The notes under the pieces are model-generated. The model saw only the letters and a list, made by a program, of their open reading frames with translations. It did no database searches and had not been told where the DNA came from. A DNA stretch of 64,000 nucleotides from Mustelus asterias. Lineage: Eukaryota. The stretch spans positions 1 to 64,000 of the forward strand of contig NW_027590805.1 in the NCBI RefSeq assembly GCF_964213995.1, in the 5' to 3' direction. Below are positions 13,070 through 25,654 of the stretch, one piece after another; the stretch's first letter is position 1, and every line of letters starts with the position of its first letter. Made by a program: the position numbers and the translations under genes.

Positions 13070-14150
13070 CAACAAATGTTTTATTCCCACAAGAAAGACA
13101 CGTTTAAATGGTATTCCTTCTAAGCAAATATTTTAAATGAATGCACTGTTCATTATGTGATTAAACAGTATTGGAAACTAGTAAATTGACTTGATGCTAT
13201 TTCATTTGTATAGCTTCCAAAAAAATATTCTTCCAACGATTAAAGCCTCTTTGTGATACTGACATCCCCAATCCCTCAGCCCCATGAGATCAGTGTAATG
13301 GCACAAATATGAAAATAATTAAAAGCAAAAGAAAATCATATATCTGCCTTTAACAGCGGGGATTCCTGGAATATTCTCAGTGTTCTGCATCTCATTAAAG
13401 AGGCAACGTCTATTATACCTGATTAGCACCATGTTCTGTTGTACAGCATAATCTGATTTCGATTATTTAACAGTCCCTCTCATAACTGCTAATGAATGAA
13501 GAAATGACCAGTTCATAACCTGGTTCAGTGGAAGATAAAATATTTATTCTTGCGATGTTGTGTACTATGCCGCAAAGTCCTGATGTCCTGTGTTCTCAAT
13601 ACCAATGAATGTTAGACAGCCGGTGGCCAATAAAATGAGCTATCATGATTTGGATGCTGAAGGAGTACTTTCCTGGTCGTCGTGTCCGTTCTGATTTATT
13701 CGCTTCATTGTCAAAAGTCAATGTCAATTTTATGTGTTTCTGTTAACTAAATGCTTATTTGTAAGTCAAGAAGGTTTATTTCACCGTTAATTTTCACAGG
13801 ATTAAGGAGCTGTTGGGGAAATATAAGATGTAACATGGTATCATACGAGGAGTTTCTATTGTTAATTCATTAATGGGCGACACAGTGGCATAATGGTTAC
13901 CACGGCTGCCTCACAGCATCCTGAGAACATTAGTTGAGTTTGTCGATGAATTGTCCAGCGATAATAACACTAGGCCAGTGTTTCCCATCTTCTTATATCC
14001 AGTTCCAAGGTACAATGATAGCTATCCACACCTGAAATACAATCATCCCTGCATTAAGTTACATAAATCGATAATAATTCCTCTAATTAATTATACTTTG
14101 CTACAATGTCTTAGAGACACAGAATTATTGTAAATCAGACTGACGTCTTT
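13070..14150 (+). repeat. Diverged duplicate of the IgM upstream block at 28325-29330
   Basis: Collinear shared words: ccacaagaaagac, ctgttcattatgtgattaaa, cctggaatattc, ttagacaRccggtggcYaaYaaaatgagct, tttggatgctgaagga, aaatcgata. Confidence 0.85.
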
Positions 14151-14399
14151 ACCCTGATAATGTAATGTCATCTGTTTATGTCCATTCCCTTGTGAAGGGA
14201 TGCAGAAATAAAGACACTTTATTAACAATGAAATTGTTTCTTTTCTATTACAGATGCTCAAATGCAATTTCACCTCTTGGACTAGCAAAGACATGACAAT
14301 GGATCTCACTGTTACTGCTTCAGTGTTAGTCTGTCTCTGGAATGTTCCAGTGTCAGCAATCAATTCACCAGGAATAATCCTTGGCGTTTTTGATATATT

Positions 14400-14715
14400 T
14401 GATTTGATTTCATTTCATTTGATTTATTATTGATTTATCACACATATTAATACACAGTGAAAATTATTGTTTCTTGCGCACTATACCGTCAGAGCATAAC
14501 GTACATAGGGAAGGAAGGGGGAGAGTGAAGAATGTAATTTTGCAGTCATAGCTGGGGGGTAGAGAAAGATCAACTTCGTGCGAGGTCGGTCAATTCAAAT
14601 ATCTGATTTCAGCAGGAAAGAAGTTGTTTTTGAGTCGGTTTGTACGTGTCCTCAGACTTTTGTATCTTGTTCCCGATGAAAAAAAACGATGAGAGACTAT
14701 GTCCGGGGTGCGTGG
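14400..14715 (-). mobile_element. Rex1/Babar LINE 3' fragment inserted in the intron of the VH pseudogene
   Basis: (tttga)n tail and reverse-complement similarity to the 3' end of the element at 25655-26800. Confidence 0.75.
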
Positions 14716-14996
14716 CGTTTTGTTTTCATAGGATTTTAGATATTTTTACAAGTGTAGAATCGGAGGTTGTGTTGACTCAGCCAGAGGCAGAAACTGGGCA
14801 TCCCTGAGGCTGACTGAGACTGACATGTAAAGCCAACGCGTTCAATATTGGCAGCAACTGGATAATCTGGGTACGACAGGTCCCTGAACAGTGTTTATCA
14901 TGTCTTCTTCAGTACGATAGTCTTGGGACAACCTACAATTCCTCCGCCCCATGGATTCAGAATCCATTTACTCTGCCCAAAGACACTTCAAACAAC

Positions 14997-15214
14997 GTAA
15001 AGAGAAAATGCTGGAAAATCTCAGCAAGTCGGCAGCATCTGTAAGGAGAGAGAAGAGCTGACTTTTCTAGTCCAGATGACGCTTTGTCAAAAGATCATCT
15101 GGACTCGAAACCTCAGCTCTTTTCTCTCCTCACCGTTATTGCCAGGCCTTCTGAGATTTTCCAGCATTTTCTATTTTGGGTTCAATTCCAGAATCCACAG
15201 TAATTTGTTTTCAT
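14997..15214. mobile_element. Penelope-like hairpin element with a 12-bp target-site duplication
   Basis: Internal inverted repeat (agaaaatgctggaaaatctcag...ctgagattttccagcattttct); ACTTCAAACAAC duplicated at 14985-14996 and 15215-15226. Confidence 0.8.
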
Positions 15215-15954
15215 ACTTCAAACAACACCTTCTGTTCAGAAATAACTGAAACCGGAAGATTCCTAAGTTTACCCTGTCTGTCCTACATAGACTCCAGTTT
15301 CACTATGATGAAAATGACTCTTAGCCACTACTGAAATTGCCGAGCAGGCCAGTCAGTTGTATCAAAGCTGCTATGGAAAATCAAATAATAAACACATCCA
15401 GAGGGCAGGTTTCATCAAGGTGGTTCACAACCGCCTTCTCAGCAGGGACAATTAATGTTGGCTTTGTCAGTGATGCTCACATCCAGAGGATCAATAACAA
15501 CAGTGTAAAGTGCTGCAAATTCTGGAAATCTAAAATTAAAGCAACACAAATGCTACTCAGCAGGTCAGTGTGCATCAGCAGAGAGAGAACCAGATTCACA
15601 TTTAAAATCGATGCCAGGATGCAAAATCTGATTGATCTAATTCTGAAGAGCAAGGCTGTTCTCTCCAATATCGTACCCTAATACTCATTCTTCAACTAAA
15701 ATCACAAACTTACTGGCCATTAATCACACCTCGGTTTGTGGGAGCTTGCTGTACGCAAATTTCCTGCTGTATTTCCAACATTACAACAGCGACTAAATTC
15801 AGCAAAGGTAGATCAGTGAGCTTTAAGAACTTTGGGATGACATGACGTCGGGTAAAGCGATCTATGCCTGCAAGCTCTACAAAAATGAAAGTTTAATACC
15901 TTGGAAGCGTTGAGATTAATGTGAATATAGCCACTCATCTACCTGATCATAGCA

Positions 15955-16440
15955 CCATGGAATCATAGAATCCCTACAGTGCAGAAGGAAGCCATTCTGT
16001 CCATCATCTCTGCAACGGCCCTGCCTTCATCCTATCCCGACAACCGCAAATATTCACAGGCTAATCCTATCCCGACAACCGCAAATATTCACAGGCTAAT
16101 CCCCCTAGTTGGACAATATGGCGCAATTTAGCATAGCCAATCCACCTTGGCCTTGGGAATTATACTCTCCTGGCGAACTGCTGCAGACTTGATGCACCGA
16201 ATGGTCTCCTTCTGCATTGTAGGGATCCTATGATTCTACGTTGCACATCGTTGGACGCTAAGGGGCAATTTATCGTAGCCAATCCACCTACCTTGCACAT
16301 CCTTGGACTGTGGAAGGAATCCGGAACACCCGGAGGAAACTCACATGGACATGGATAGAATGTGAAAACCACACACAGACAGTCGCACAAGGTTGGAATC
16401 GAACCCTCTTCCCTGTCGTTGTAAGGGAGCAATGCTAATT
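15955..16440 (-). mobile_element. Compound HE1-type SINE fragments, including a 35-bp internal tandem duplication
   Basis: Tail 'catagaatccctacagtgcagaagg'; 'cctatcccgacaaccgcaaatattcacaggctaat' twice; a short opposite-strand tail piece at about 16195-16237. Confidence 0.7.
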
Positions 16441-17279
16441 GGATCTCTTAGTGATAACCACACTGGAATTTTTATTCTTCCCTCGTGTGAGTGGCATCAC
16501 AATTTGTGACAGGAATATTTCACTCATCAGATCTGTTTGTTTTAACTGGTCTCGTTGAAGCAAATTAAACGATCAATCAAATTAACATTCAGTGGAATAC
16601 CAGCCTGTTCACAGGTAATTTATTGATTGTGACATCAGAACTTTCGGAACAAATTCTTAAATAGAATGGATTATATTGTTTTAATTAAATAGCATCTGGT
16701 GTAATGTATGTTAAAACGTTTTCATTCCATTTTGAACCAACTGTTAATATTCTTAAAATAACCGCTATTTTGTGATGAAACTAATGAATAAATGACGGTT
16801 TATCTGATTTTGCTGCCATGAACATTTCATTGTAAACAGTGAGGTGTTTATGTAAATAAACACAGAAATAGAAATCCCAGATTAGATTGTTGACTGACAA
16901 AAACACAGCAAATATTTCCCCACCAACACAGCACAGAAATAGAGACAAACATGCAAATCGATCAACGGATTCCAGTAATGATTGTTTTTTGACATTATTT
17001 CTTCATCAATTATTTGAGGAAATGAGATAGGATGATATCTATGTTCAGAATTAAGAAAGAATCCCTCTGATTCCGAAATATAATGACACGGCAAATGTGT
17101 TTGTGGAGATTTTCTGTGTTTCATCTCTCTCTCGGTATTTCTCCTGTCTGGTTCTGTGTCTTGTCTCTCCACGATGGCTCATCGTCTTCCCTCCACAACA
17201 TGAGGTCAATGTCTGCCCAATGTATTCTCTCAGCCAGAATTATAGGCTTTTCAAAGAATGTAATTCAATGAATTGAAAT

Positions 17280-17890
17280 CGGTGAGGGAGCTTTACTCTA
17301 AAAGATCTCTTGAGCATTCTATGATCTGGAATGTTTGCTACATTTTCCGCTGTATGTAACCTCGGCTGTACCTAGTACAGACTTCGATGTGGCAGTACCA
17401 AAGAAACTTTCCCTGTATTTAACCCGTGTTTTCCCTGCTCTTGGAGTGTTGGATTGGATAGTCGAGAGGAATATTTACTCTGCATCTAAACTCACTGTAC
17501 TTGCTCTTTGAATATTTAAATTGACTTTGTAAAGGGAGATTTAATCCGTATCTAATCTCTGCTGTACCTGACCTGGGTGGGTTTTATCGGACTGTGGACA
17601 GGGCTCTTCCCCCTGTACCTAACACAAGTTCAATCTTGCCTCCCGAATCTCTGAATGAAGAGTGCAAAAGTGGTTTTACCTATATGCCTTCATTATGTTT
17701 GAGCAGACTTTGTAGAGGGAGTTTCACTCTGTTTCTACAGAGTCTACCTGTTCAAGGGATGTTTGATTTGGATATCTAACTCATGCGTTTCCTGTCTTGG
17801 GAGTGTTTAATTTGTCAATGTGGAGGGAACTTTACATTCTGCAGCTAACCCCATGTTTCTCCTGTCCTGTGAGTTTTTCATGGGACAGGA
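17280..17890. repeat. Degenerate tandem repeat (gagggagctttactctgtatctaac...gtacctg...gggagtgtttga type)
   Basis: The motif recurs about eight times with roughly 65-bp period. Confidence 0.65.
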
Positions 17891-18153
17891 GCCCGTCTCT
17901 CCAAATTTCATTCGGATTGAACCAGTCTCTTTATAATTAATCCTGTGTCAGTTTCTGTTATATAAGGCCATGTTTCTGTTTATGTGGCATTAGACCCTAT
18001 CTCTACGCATATTAAACTAGATCCTTTCTCTGATTATACCAAATTAGACGCCATCTCTATTTATATGATAGGTCACATGTTTCTGTTTATATCAAACTAG
18101 ACGCTGTCTCTGTTTATATTAATTTAGACCTGTCTCTGTTTGTACTAAACGAG

Positions 18154-18754
18154 TTAGAACATAGAACAGCACAGAACAGGCCCTTCGGCCCACGATGTTG
18201 TGCCGAGCTTTATCTGAAACCAACATCAAGCTATCCCACTCCCTATTATCCTGGTGTGCTCCATGTGCCTATCCAATAACCGCTTAAATGTTCCTAAAGT
18301 GTCTGACTCCACTATCACTGCAGGCAGTCCATTCCACACCCCAACCACTCTCTGCGTAAAGAACCTACCTCTGATATCCTTCCTGTATCTCCCACCACGA
18401 ACCCTATAGTTATGCCCCCTCGTAATAGCTCCATCCACCCGAGGAAATAGTCTTTGAACGTTCACTCTATCTATTCCCTTCATCATTTTATAAACCTCTA
18501 TTAAGTCTCTCCTCAGCCTCCTCCGCTCCAGAGAGAACAGCCCTAGCTCCCTCAACCTTTCCTCATAAGACCTACCCTCCAAACCAGGCAGCATCCTGGT
18601 AAATCTCCTCTGCACTCTTTCCAGCGCTTCCACATCCTTCTTATAGCGAGGTGACCAGAACTGCACACAATATTCCAAATGTGGTCTCACCAAGGTCCTG
18701 TACAATTGCAGCATAACCCCACGGCTCTTAAACTCCAGCCCCCTGTTAATAAAA
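18154..18754 (-). mobile_element. CR1 LINE 3' end, young
   Basis: Open 186-aa frame (LVRPHLEYCVQFWSP...FFTQRVVGVWNGLP) and (ctatgtt) tail; nearly identical to the copy at 31644. Confidence 0.92.
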
Positions 18755-20469
18755 GCAGTCTTATTTCTGCACTTGACCCTGTCCACGTTTATATTGCATT
18801 GGACATGGTGTCAGTTTTTATTGCACTGGTCAATGCCACAAATTAGGAAAGTGTTTGGGAGAAAATAGTTTTCTTTCTGCATCCTTCTAAACATGTAAAT
18901 TCTATGAAGTCTTGGGCAGCGGAAAATAAGAAGCGTTATCTGAAATCTACTTCTGCTGACTGCATTGAAAATGGATACCAAGCCCTATGTTGCATGCACT
19001 GTCAACAAAGAACAAAGAACAAGAAAATTACAGCCCAGGAACAGGTCCTTCGACCCTCCAAGCCTGCACCAACCAAACACTGTCGATTCAATACTGCCCG
19101 TTTCAGGATCCTGTCAGATAGCAATGTCTTTCCACGAACACATTGTCACTTCTTCTTGCAGAACCGTGGAGTCATACAGACATAATTCAAGCAGAGGTAT
19201 AGTTCAGTGCAGGAAAAACACTGACCCAGTCTAGTGAAACGTGTACAGGATCACGATCAAATATCATATAACCAGAGAGTATATCTAATGCTATATAAAC
19301 TGAGTTCTGGTCCAGCAGACTGTTAACAGAGACAGACTGTATGTGAATATAAACAGGAGCCTGATCCAACAAAATAGAAATGAGTTAGTGCCGAGTGCCA
19401 TGTGGGGATGGTCGAAGGTCAAATGCTGGTCTTTCCAGTGACACACACATCCCTTGAAAGAACCATTTAAAATAATGTCGATGACATTGTCTAGGAAAAT
19501 AAAACTGAGATAATGTCTAGTGCAGTTTTTCTGGATACAGAAGCTTGTCCGATATTAACTGAGGCAGAGCCTCGTACATTATTAGTAATTAATGATAGGG
19601 GACCTAGACTGATATAAGCTGAGACGTAGCCAAGTGTATTAGTAATAATTGCTGACACAGGACCGAGACAGATATAAACTGAGACAGAGTCCAGTGTATT
19701 AGTAATAATTACTGATACAGGACCCAGACTGGTACACACTGAGATTTAGACAATGCAGCAATTAGGACATATTGCAAAATGCAATAATAACAGAGACGTG
19801 ACATAGTCTTAAATGAACAAATACATGGACTGATGCAGCATTAACGTAAACAGGATTTAGTTTATTAAAATCTAATGAACTATTACATAATAACTGTGAC
19901 AGAACCATGTGTTATGCATGAAGGCAGTTCTTCCAGTTTAGTATACAGTGGTAAATGTTCTGAGGCAGTAAAAATTGAGACACGGCCTCTTTTCAGATTA
20001 GCAGAGACATGGCTCAGTGCAGCCAAAACTTAGAAATTATAATATAAATAGGGTCTAAGTCTCGTATATGAGCGCCCGATATTGCGCCGGGTGCAGGGAA
20101 AAACTTACATAGGAACTCCTGGAATGTGACCCAGTCACAGATTAGTGTAACACAGATCGTGACAGAGGCCAGTTGAATATAGGCAGAGATATGGCCTGTT
20201 TAAAATTATTTCATGTGATTTGCGCGTCAATGGTAAAGTCAGCATTTGTTGGCAAACCCTGATTTCCTTTGAGAATGTGGTGGCAAGCTTTGGAAAGCTG
20301 TTGGAAAGTAGCTTCCAGGCAGCTACTCTTTGCAGAATGGCATTGAGCTTTTTGAGTGGCACACGTCAGGCAAGTAGAAAACATTCAATCAACTGTGTCG
20401 GCACATACTTGGTGGGCAGAAGGGCCTGTTCCAGTGCTGTACTAACCTTTATTCTTTGTTCATAGTCAT

Positions 20470-21190
20470 GACTTTTGCCTGGTAGATGATGGATAGGGTT
20501 TGGGAATTCAGGAGGAGCGTTGTTCACCGCAGAGCTCCTAGCATCTGACCTGCTCTTGTAGCTACATGATTGAAATATCTGTTCCGGTTCAGATTTTCAC
20601 GTATTATAATTCCTAGGATGTTGATAGTGGGCGAATTCAGCGATGTGTAAGGCCGATTAATGTCAGAGTGATGGTTGGAATCTCCCTCATTGGAGACTGT
20701 CATTGCCTGCCACTTGTGTGGCATTAATGTTACTTGCCAGTCGTTAGCCCAAGACTGAATGTTTTCTAAGTCTTTCTGCATACGGACACAGACTGTGTCA
20801 GTATTTGAGGAGTCACAACTGGTGCTGAACTTTGCGCAGTCATCAGTGAACATCCCACTTCTAAACGTTGATGAAGGATGAAGCTTGAGGCTAGGTCACT
20901 AACCCGAAGACTTTCTGTAGCAATGCCCTGTGACTGAGATGACTGGTCATCAACAACCACAACCATTTTTCTTTGTGCTCAGTATGACTCCAGCCAGTGG
21001 ATTGTTTTCCCCCTGATTCCCATTGACTGTAGTTTCGCTCGGGCTCCTTAATGCTACAAACGGTCACTTGCTGCTACGATGTCAAGGGAAGGCATTCTCT
21101 CTTCACCTCTTTAATTTAATTTTTTTATCTATATTTGCACTCATTTTAAAGCATTTCTGGAATCGAGTGCTCCTGGCGGGACCCTAATTG
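20470..21190 (-). mobile_element. Old CR1/L2-type LINE RT fragment
   Basis: FTDDC...MQKDLENIQSWANDWQVTLMPHKWQAM, INILGIII in broken frames. Confidence 0.65.
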
Positions 21191-21218
21191 AGCATATATT
21201 TGTGTGTGTGTGTGTGTT

Positions 21219-21360
21219 ATGTGAAATATATCATGTTTTATGCAAGTTAATTTCACAATGACCACTTGCATCCTTCCATTTACAGTACATGTGAAATATA
21301 TCATGTTTTATACAAAATAATTTCACAATGACCACTTGCATCCTTCTATTTACAGTACAT
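21219..21360. repeat. 70-bp tandem duplication
   Basis: 'atgtgaaatatatcatgttttat...aatttcacaatgaccacttgcatccttcYatttacagtac' occurs twice. Confidence 0.85.
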
Positions 21361-21444
21361 GATGGACACATAATAAACACACCCATTTCGGATTGGCGTC
21401 CTTTACATATTTCACGTTTTTTGATGATTGAGGAGACCAATTTA

Positions 21445-22044
21445 GGAGTCGTAGCGTTATGTTGCAACTGTACACAACTCTGGTGCGGCCGCACTTGGAG
21501 TACTGTGTGCAGTTCTGGTCCCCACATTACAGGAAGGATGTGGAGGCTTTGGAGAGGGTGCAGAGGAGGTTTACCAGGATGTTGCCTGGTATGGAGGGGA
21601 GATCCTATGAGGAGAGGCTGAGGGATTTGGGATTGTTTTCGCTGGAAAGGCGGCGGCTAAGAGGGGATCTTATTGAAACATATAAGATGATTAGAGGTTT
21701 AGATAGGGTGGATAGTGATAGCCTTTTTCCTCTGATGGAGAAATCCAGCACGAGGGGGCATGGCTTTAAATTGAGGGGGGGTAGTTATAGAACCGATGTC
21801 AGGGGTAGGTTCTTTACCCAGAGGGTGGTGAGGGATTGGAATGCCCTGCCAGCATCAGTAGTAAATGCGCCTAGTTTGGGGGCGTTTAAGAGATCCGTAG
21901 ATAGGTTCATGGACGAAAAGAAATTGGTTTAGGTTGGAGGGTCACAGTTTTTTTTTTTTTTAACTGGTCGGTGCAACATCGTGGGCCGAAGGGCCTGTTC
22001 TGCGCTGTAATGTTCTATGTTCTATGTTCTATGTTCTATGTTCA
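21445..22044 (+). mobile_element. CR1 LINE 3' end, young
   Basis: Open 157-aa frame; tail (tgttcta)n at about 22010-22043. Confidence 0.92.
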
Positions 22045-22383
22045 ATGTTTGAAAGCTTAATTCTGTCACAAGTGCTGCCCATTAATCTGCCATTTGTCAT
22101 TGTGTGTCATCGCTTTTTGTATCATGAATGGTTGTTAAAAGCTTTGTGTGGAGACAATTATCCCCAAAAATCCTGCAGTCCCTACTCTGCTGATGTTGTT
22201 GAATGTCTTAGCAAGGTTGACCAAAGTAAGTTCAAGTTATGGACACATATGGCACATGGAGCAGTTGTTGGCTGGAGGAAATCTTCCAACACAATCACTA
22301 CACTGCACATCAGGTCCACCCGGTCTGATGTATTTCAAGTGTGAACCTGGCAAAGATCTTTCCCGTGATGCTATGATTGAGAT

Positions 22384-24114
22384 ATGTCTGTAGTTGTTGA
22401 AGACACAAATAGTTTGCCAAATATTAACGATAGAGGGTTGGCAGCAGGAGAAATACTTAATACAATTAATGTTACCAGAGAGGCAGTGCTGGGTAGACTA
22501 ATGGGACTGAAGGTGGACAAGTCCCCGGGTCCGGATGGAATGCATCCCAGGGTATTGAAAGAAATGTCAGAGGTAATAGTGGATGCGTTAGTGATTATTT
22601 ATCAAAACTCGTTGCATTCTGGGGTAGTGCCGGTTGATTGGAAAACGGCTAATGTTACGCCGCTGTTTAAAAAAGGAAGGAGACAAAAGGCAGGTAACTA
22701 TAAGCCGGTCAGCTTAACGTCTGTAGTAGGGAAAATGCTGGAATCCATTATTAAAGAGGAGATAGCAGGGCATCTGGATAGAAATGGTTCGATCAATCAG
22801 ACGCAGCATGGATTCATGAGGGGAAAGTCGTGCTTGATGAACATGTTGGATTTTTATGAAGATGTGACTAGGGCGGTTGATGGAGGAGAACCGGTGGATG
22901 CGGTGTTTTTGGATTTCCAAAAGGCGTTTGATAAGGTGCCCCATAAAAGGCTGCTGAAGAAGATTAGGGCACACGGAGTTGGGGGTAGTGTGTTAAAGTG
23001 GATTGGGGACTGGCTATCCGACAGGAAGCAAAGAGTCGGAATAAATGGGTGTTTTTCCGGTTGGAGGAAGGTAACTAGTGGCATGCCGCAGGGATCGGTA
23101 CTCGGGCCGCAACTGTTTACCATTTATATAGATGATCTGGAGGAAGGGACGGAGTGTAGGGTAACGAAGTTTGCAGACGACACAAAGATGAGTGGAAAAG
23201 TGAATCGTGTGGAGGACGGAGAAGATCTGCAGAGAGATTTGGACAGGCTGAGTGAGTGGGCGAGGATATGGCAAATGGAGTATAACGTTGAGAAATGCGA
23301 GGTTATACACTTTGGAGGAAATAATAACAAATGGGATTACTATCTCAATGGAAACAAATTAAAACATGCTACCGTGCAAAGGGACCTGGGGGTCCTTGTG
23401 CATGAGACGCAAAAGCCCAGTCTGCAGGTACAACAGGTGATCAAGAAGGCAAATGGGATGTTGGCCTATATTGCGAGGGGGATAGAATATAAAAGCAGGG
23501 ATGTCTTGATGCACCTGTACAGGTCATTGGTGAGGCCGCAGCTGGAATACTGTGTGCAGTATTGGTCCCCTTATATGAGGAAGGATATATTGGCATTGGA
23601 GGGAGTGCAGAGAAGGTTCACCAGGTTGATACCGGAGATGAGGGGTTTGGATTATGAGGAGAGGCTGAGGAGATTGGGTTTGTACTCGTTGGAGTTTAGA
23701 AGGATGAGGGGGGATCTTATGGAGACTTATAAGATAATGCGGGGGCTGGATAGGGTGGAGGCGGAGAGATTCTTTCCACTTAGTAAGGAAGTTAAAACTA
23801 GAGGACACAGCCTCAAAATAAAGGGGGGTCGGTTTAAGACAGAGTTGAGGAGGAACTTCTTCTCCCAGAGGGTGGTGAATCTCTGGAATTCTCTGCCCAC
23901 TGAGGTGGTGGAGGCTACCTCGCTGAATATGTTTAAAGCGCGGATGGATGGATTCCTGATCGGTAAGGGAATTAAGGGTTATGGGGATCAGGCGGGTAAG
24001 TGGTACTGATCCACGTCAGATCAGCCATGATCTTATTGAATGGCGGGGCAGGCTCGAGGGGCTAGATGGTCTACTCCTGCTCCTATTTCTTATGTTCTTA
24101 TGTTCTTATGTTCT
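22384..24114 (+). mobile_element. CR1 LINE, 5'-truncated, with an uninterrupted RT domain (541 aa, 22384-24009)
   Basis: KSPGPDGMHP, QHGFMRGKSC, DFQKAFDKVPH, PQGSVLGP, KFADDTK; tail (ttatgttc)n. Confidence 0.95.
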
Positions 24115-24175
24115 TCTATCGGTTTTGTTTTCAAATAGTATTATGAATTTGAATCATGCATCTCTTGTGGAATGG

Positions 24176-24480
24176 TGGGCGGCACGATGGCACAGTGGCG
24201 AGATCTGTTGCCTCACAACGCCATGGTGGTTTGGTTCCCGGCTTGTGTCACTGTCTGTGTGGAGTCTGCACATTCTCCCCGTGTCTCCGTGTACTTCCTC
24301 TCGGTGCTCCAGTTTCCTTCCACAGTACGAAAAGACATGCTGGTTAGGTGCACTTGCCAGGCTAAATTCTCCCTCAGTGTACCCGAACAGGCGCCAGAGT
24401 GTGGCGACTAGGGGTTTTCACAGTAATTCATTGCAGTGTTAATGTAAGCCTACTTGTGACATTAATAAATAAATTAAAAC
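24176..24480 (+). mobile_element. tRNA-derived SINE, second family
   Basis: Same head and tail as the 11864 element. Confidence 0.8.
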
Positions 24481-24937
24481 TTTAAATCTTCCAGCAGTTA
24501 AGGAGAATGTAATAATTGTGCAGAAAGATAGTAATTATTTTCACTAAGTACCATCCATTCGCAATTTAATAATTTCATTCACCAGTTCTCATACATTAGG
24601 ATTAGTATATTTAAAATGACTTTATGGAAGGTGGGCGAAACTGTCTAGGCCACCATTTATTCCCAATTGCTAATTGGCTAATTGCTTTCGGTAAGTTGTT
24701 GGTGAGCCGCCTTCTTGAACCGCTACACAACCTGCAGTGTAGGTACATCCACAGTGATGTTAGGGCGGGTGATCCTGGATTGCCGTTCAACTGACAGCAA
24801 AGGAATGGTAATATATGTCCAAGTCAGGTTTATGTGTGTCTTGTAGTGGAATTTCCAGGCGGGGTTGTTCCAATTCACCAATTACCATCAATTCAGAAAG
24901 ATAAACAATTATTTTACAAATTATGTTCAGCATTTTG

Positions 24938-25453
24938 ATAAAAGCTAAATGCTGCGGATTCTGGAAACTGAAACTGAAAGAAATTCTGGAAAATCTCAAC
25001 AGGTCTTATAGCATCTGTGGAGAGAGAATAGAGCCAACGTTTCGAGTCTGGATGATCCTTCTTAATTTGGAGGAAATTGAAGATGGTGATGAAATTGGTA
25101 AATGATAAGGGTAGATAGGGATTAGAAAGTTTTTTTAAGGATATAGTTGGTGATTGAGACGTTGATTATGTTAGTTAGCATGGAGAAGTTGATTATGACA
25201 TTTGGGATCGGTATGTGAATTGACACAACTTGTATGTGGATCGAAATAGTGTATATCATTAAAAACTAACCGTTTGATCTATTCCCATTTTAGAGGAAAG
25301 ATATGCAGATTCCCTGACATCTTGTTAGAAACAATGATGATCTCTCCAACTCATCAGGAATACTCTGCCGAAGCGTCATCCAGACTCGAAACGTTGGCTC
25401 TATTCTGTCTCCGCAGATGCTGAGATTTTCCAGCTTTTGCTGTTTGTTTTCAG
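24938..25453. mobile_element. Penelope-like element with inverted ends
   Basis: 24938-25060 (...ggagagagaatagagccaacgtttcgagtctggatga) is inverted at 25375-25453 (tcatccagactcgaaacgttggctctattct...). Confidence 0.6.
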
Positions 25454-25654
25454 TATTTCATTCTATACAACTTTGCTTCGTATCATTTATTGATATCAAC
25501 ATTTATTGACAGTATATTGGCCTTTCTGTCACCACGGAACAAAATCTGCTTCAGAATTCAGTGGGAAATGGAATTGATTCCGACCGATGATAGTGAGCAG
25601 CTACCCAGTCGCCTCGGATCTTTGTTGACAAGTAAACACCTCATCATCACACAA

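Larger units (their letters stand above)
14305..15262 (+). pseudogene. IGHV: IgM-type VH pseudogene (intron remnant plus V exon; no leader, no RSS)
   Basis: From 14752: [44 protein letters not shown]...FTLPKDTSNN. Two in-frame TGA stops, altered acceptor (ttttacaa), an insertion at 14997-15214, and no YYC or RSS. 14305-14400 matches the leader intron of the intact VH. Confidence 0.92.

Noticed and set aside
22384-24009. Host or domesticated reverse transcriptase gene (also 55974-57713)
   Set aside because: 5'-truncated CR1 copies with typical microsatellite tails; the N-termini come from flanking DNA.
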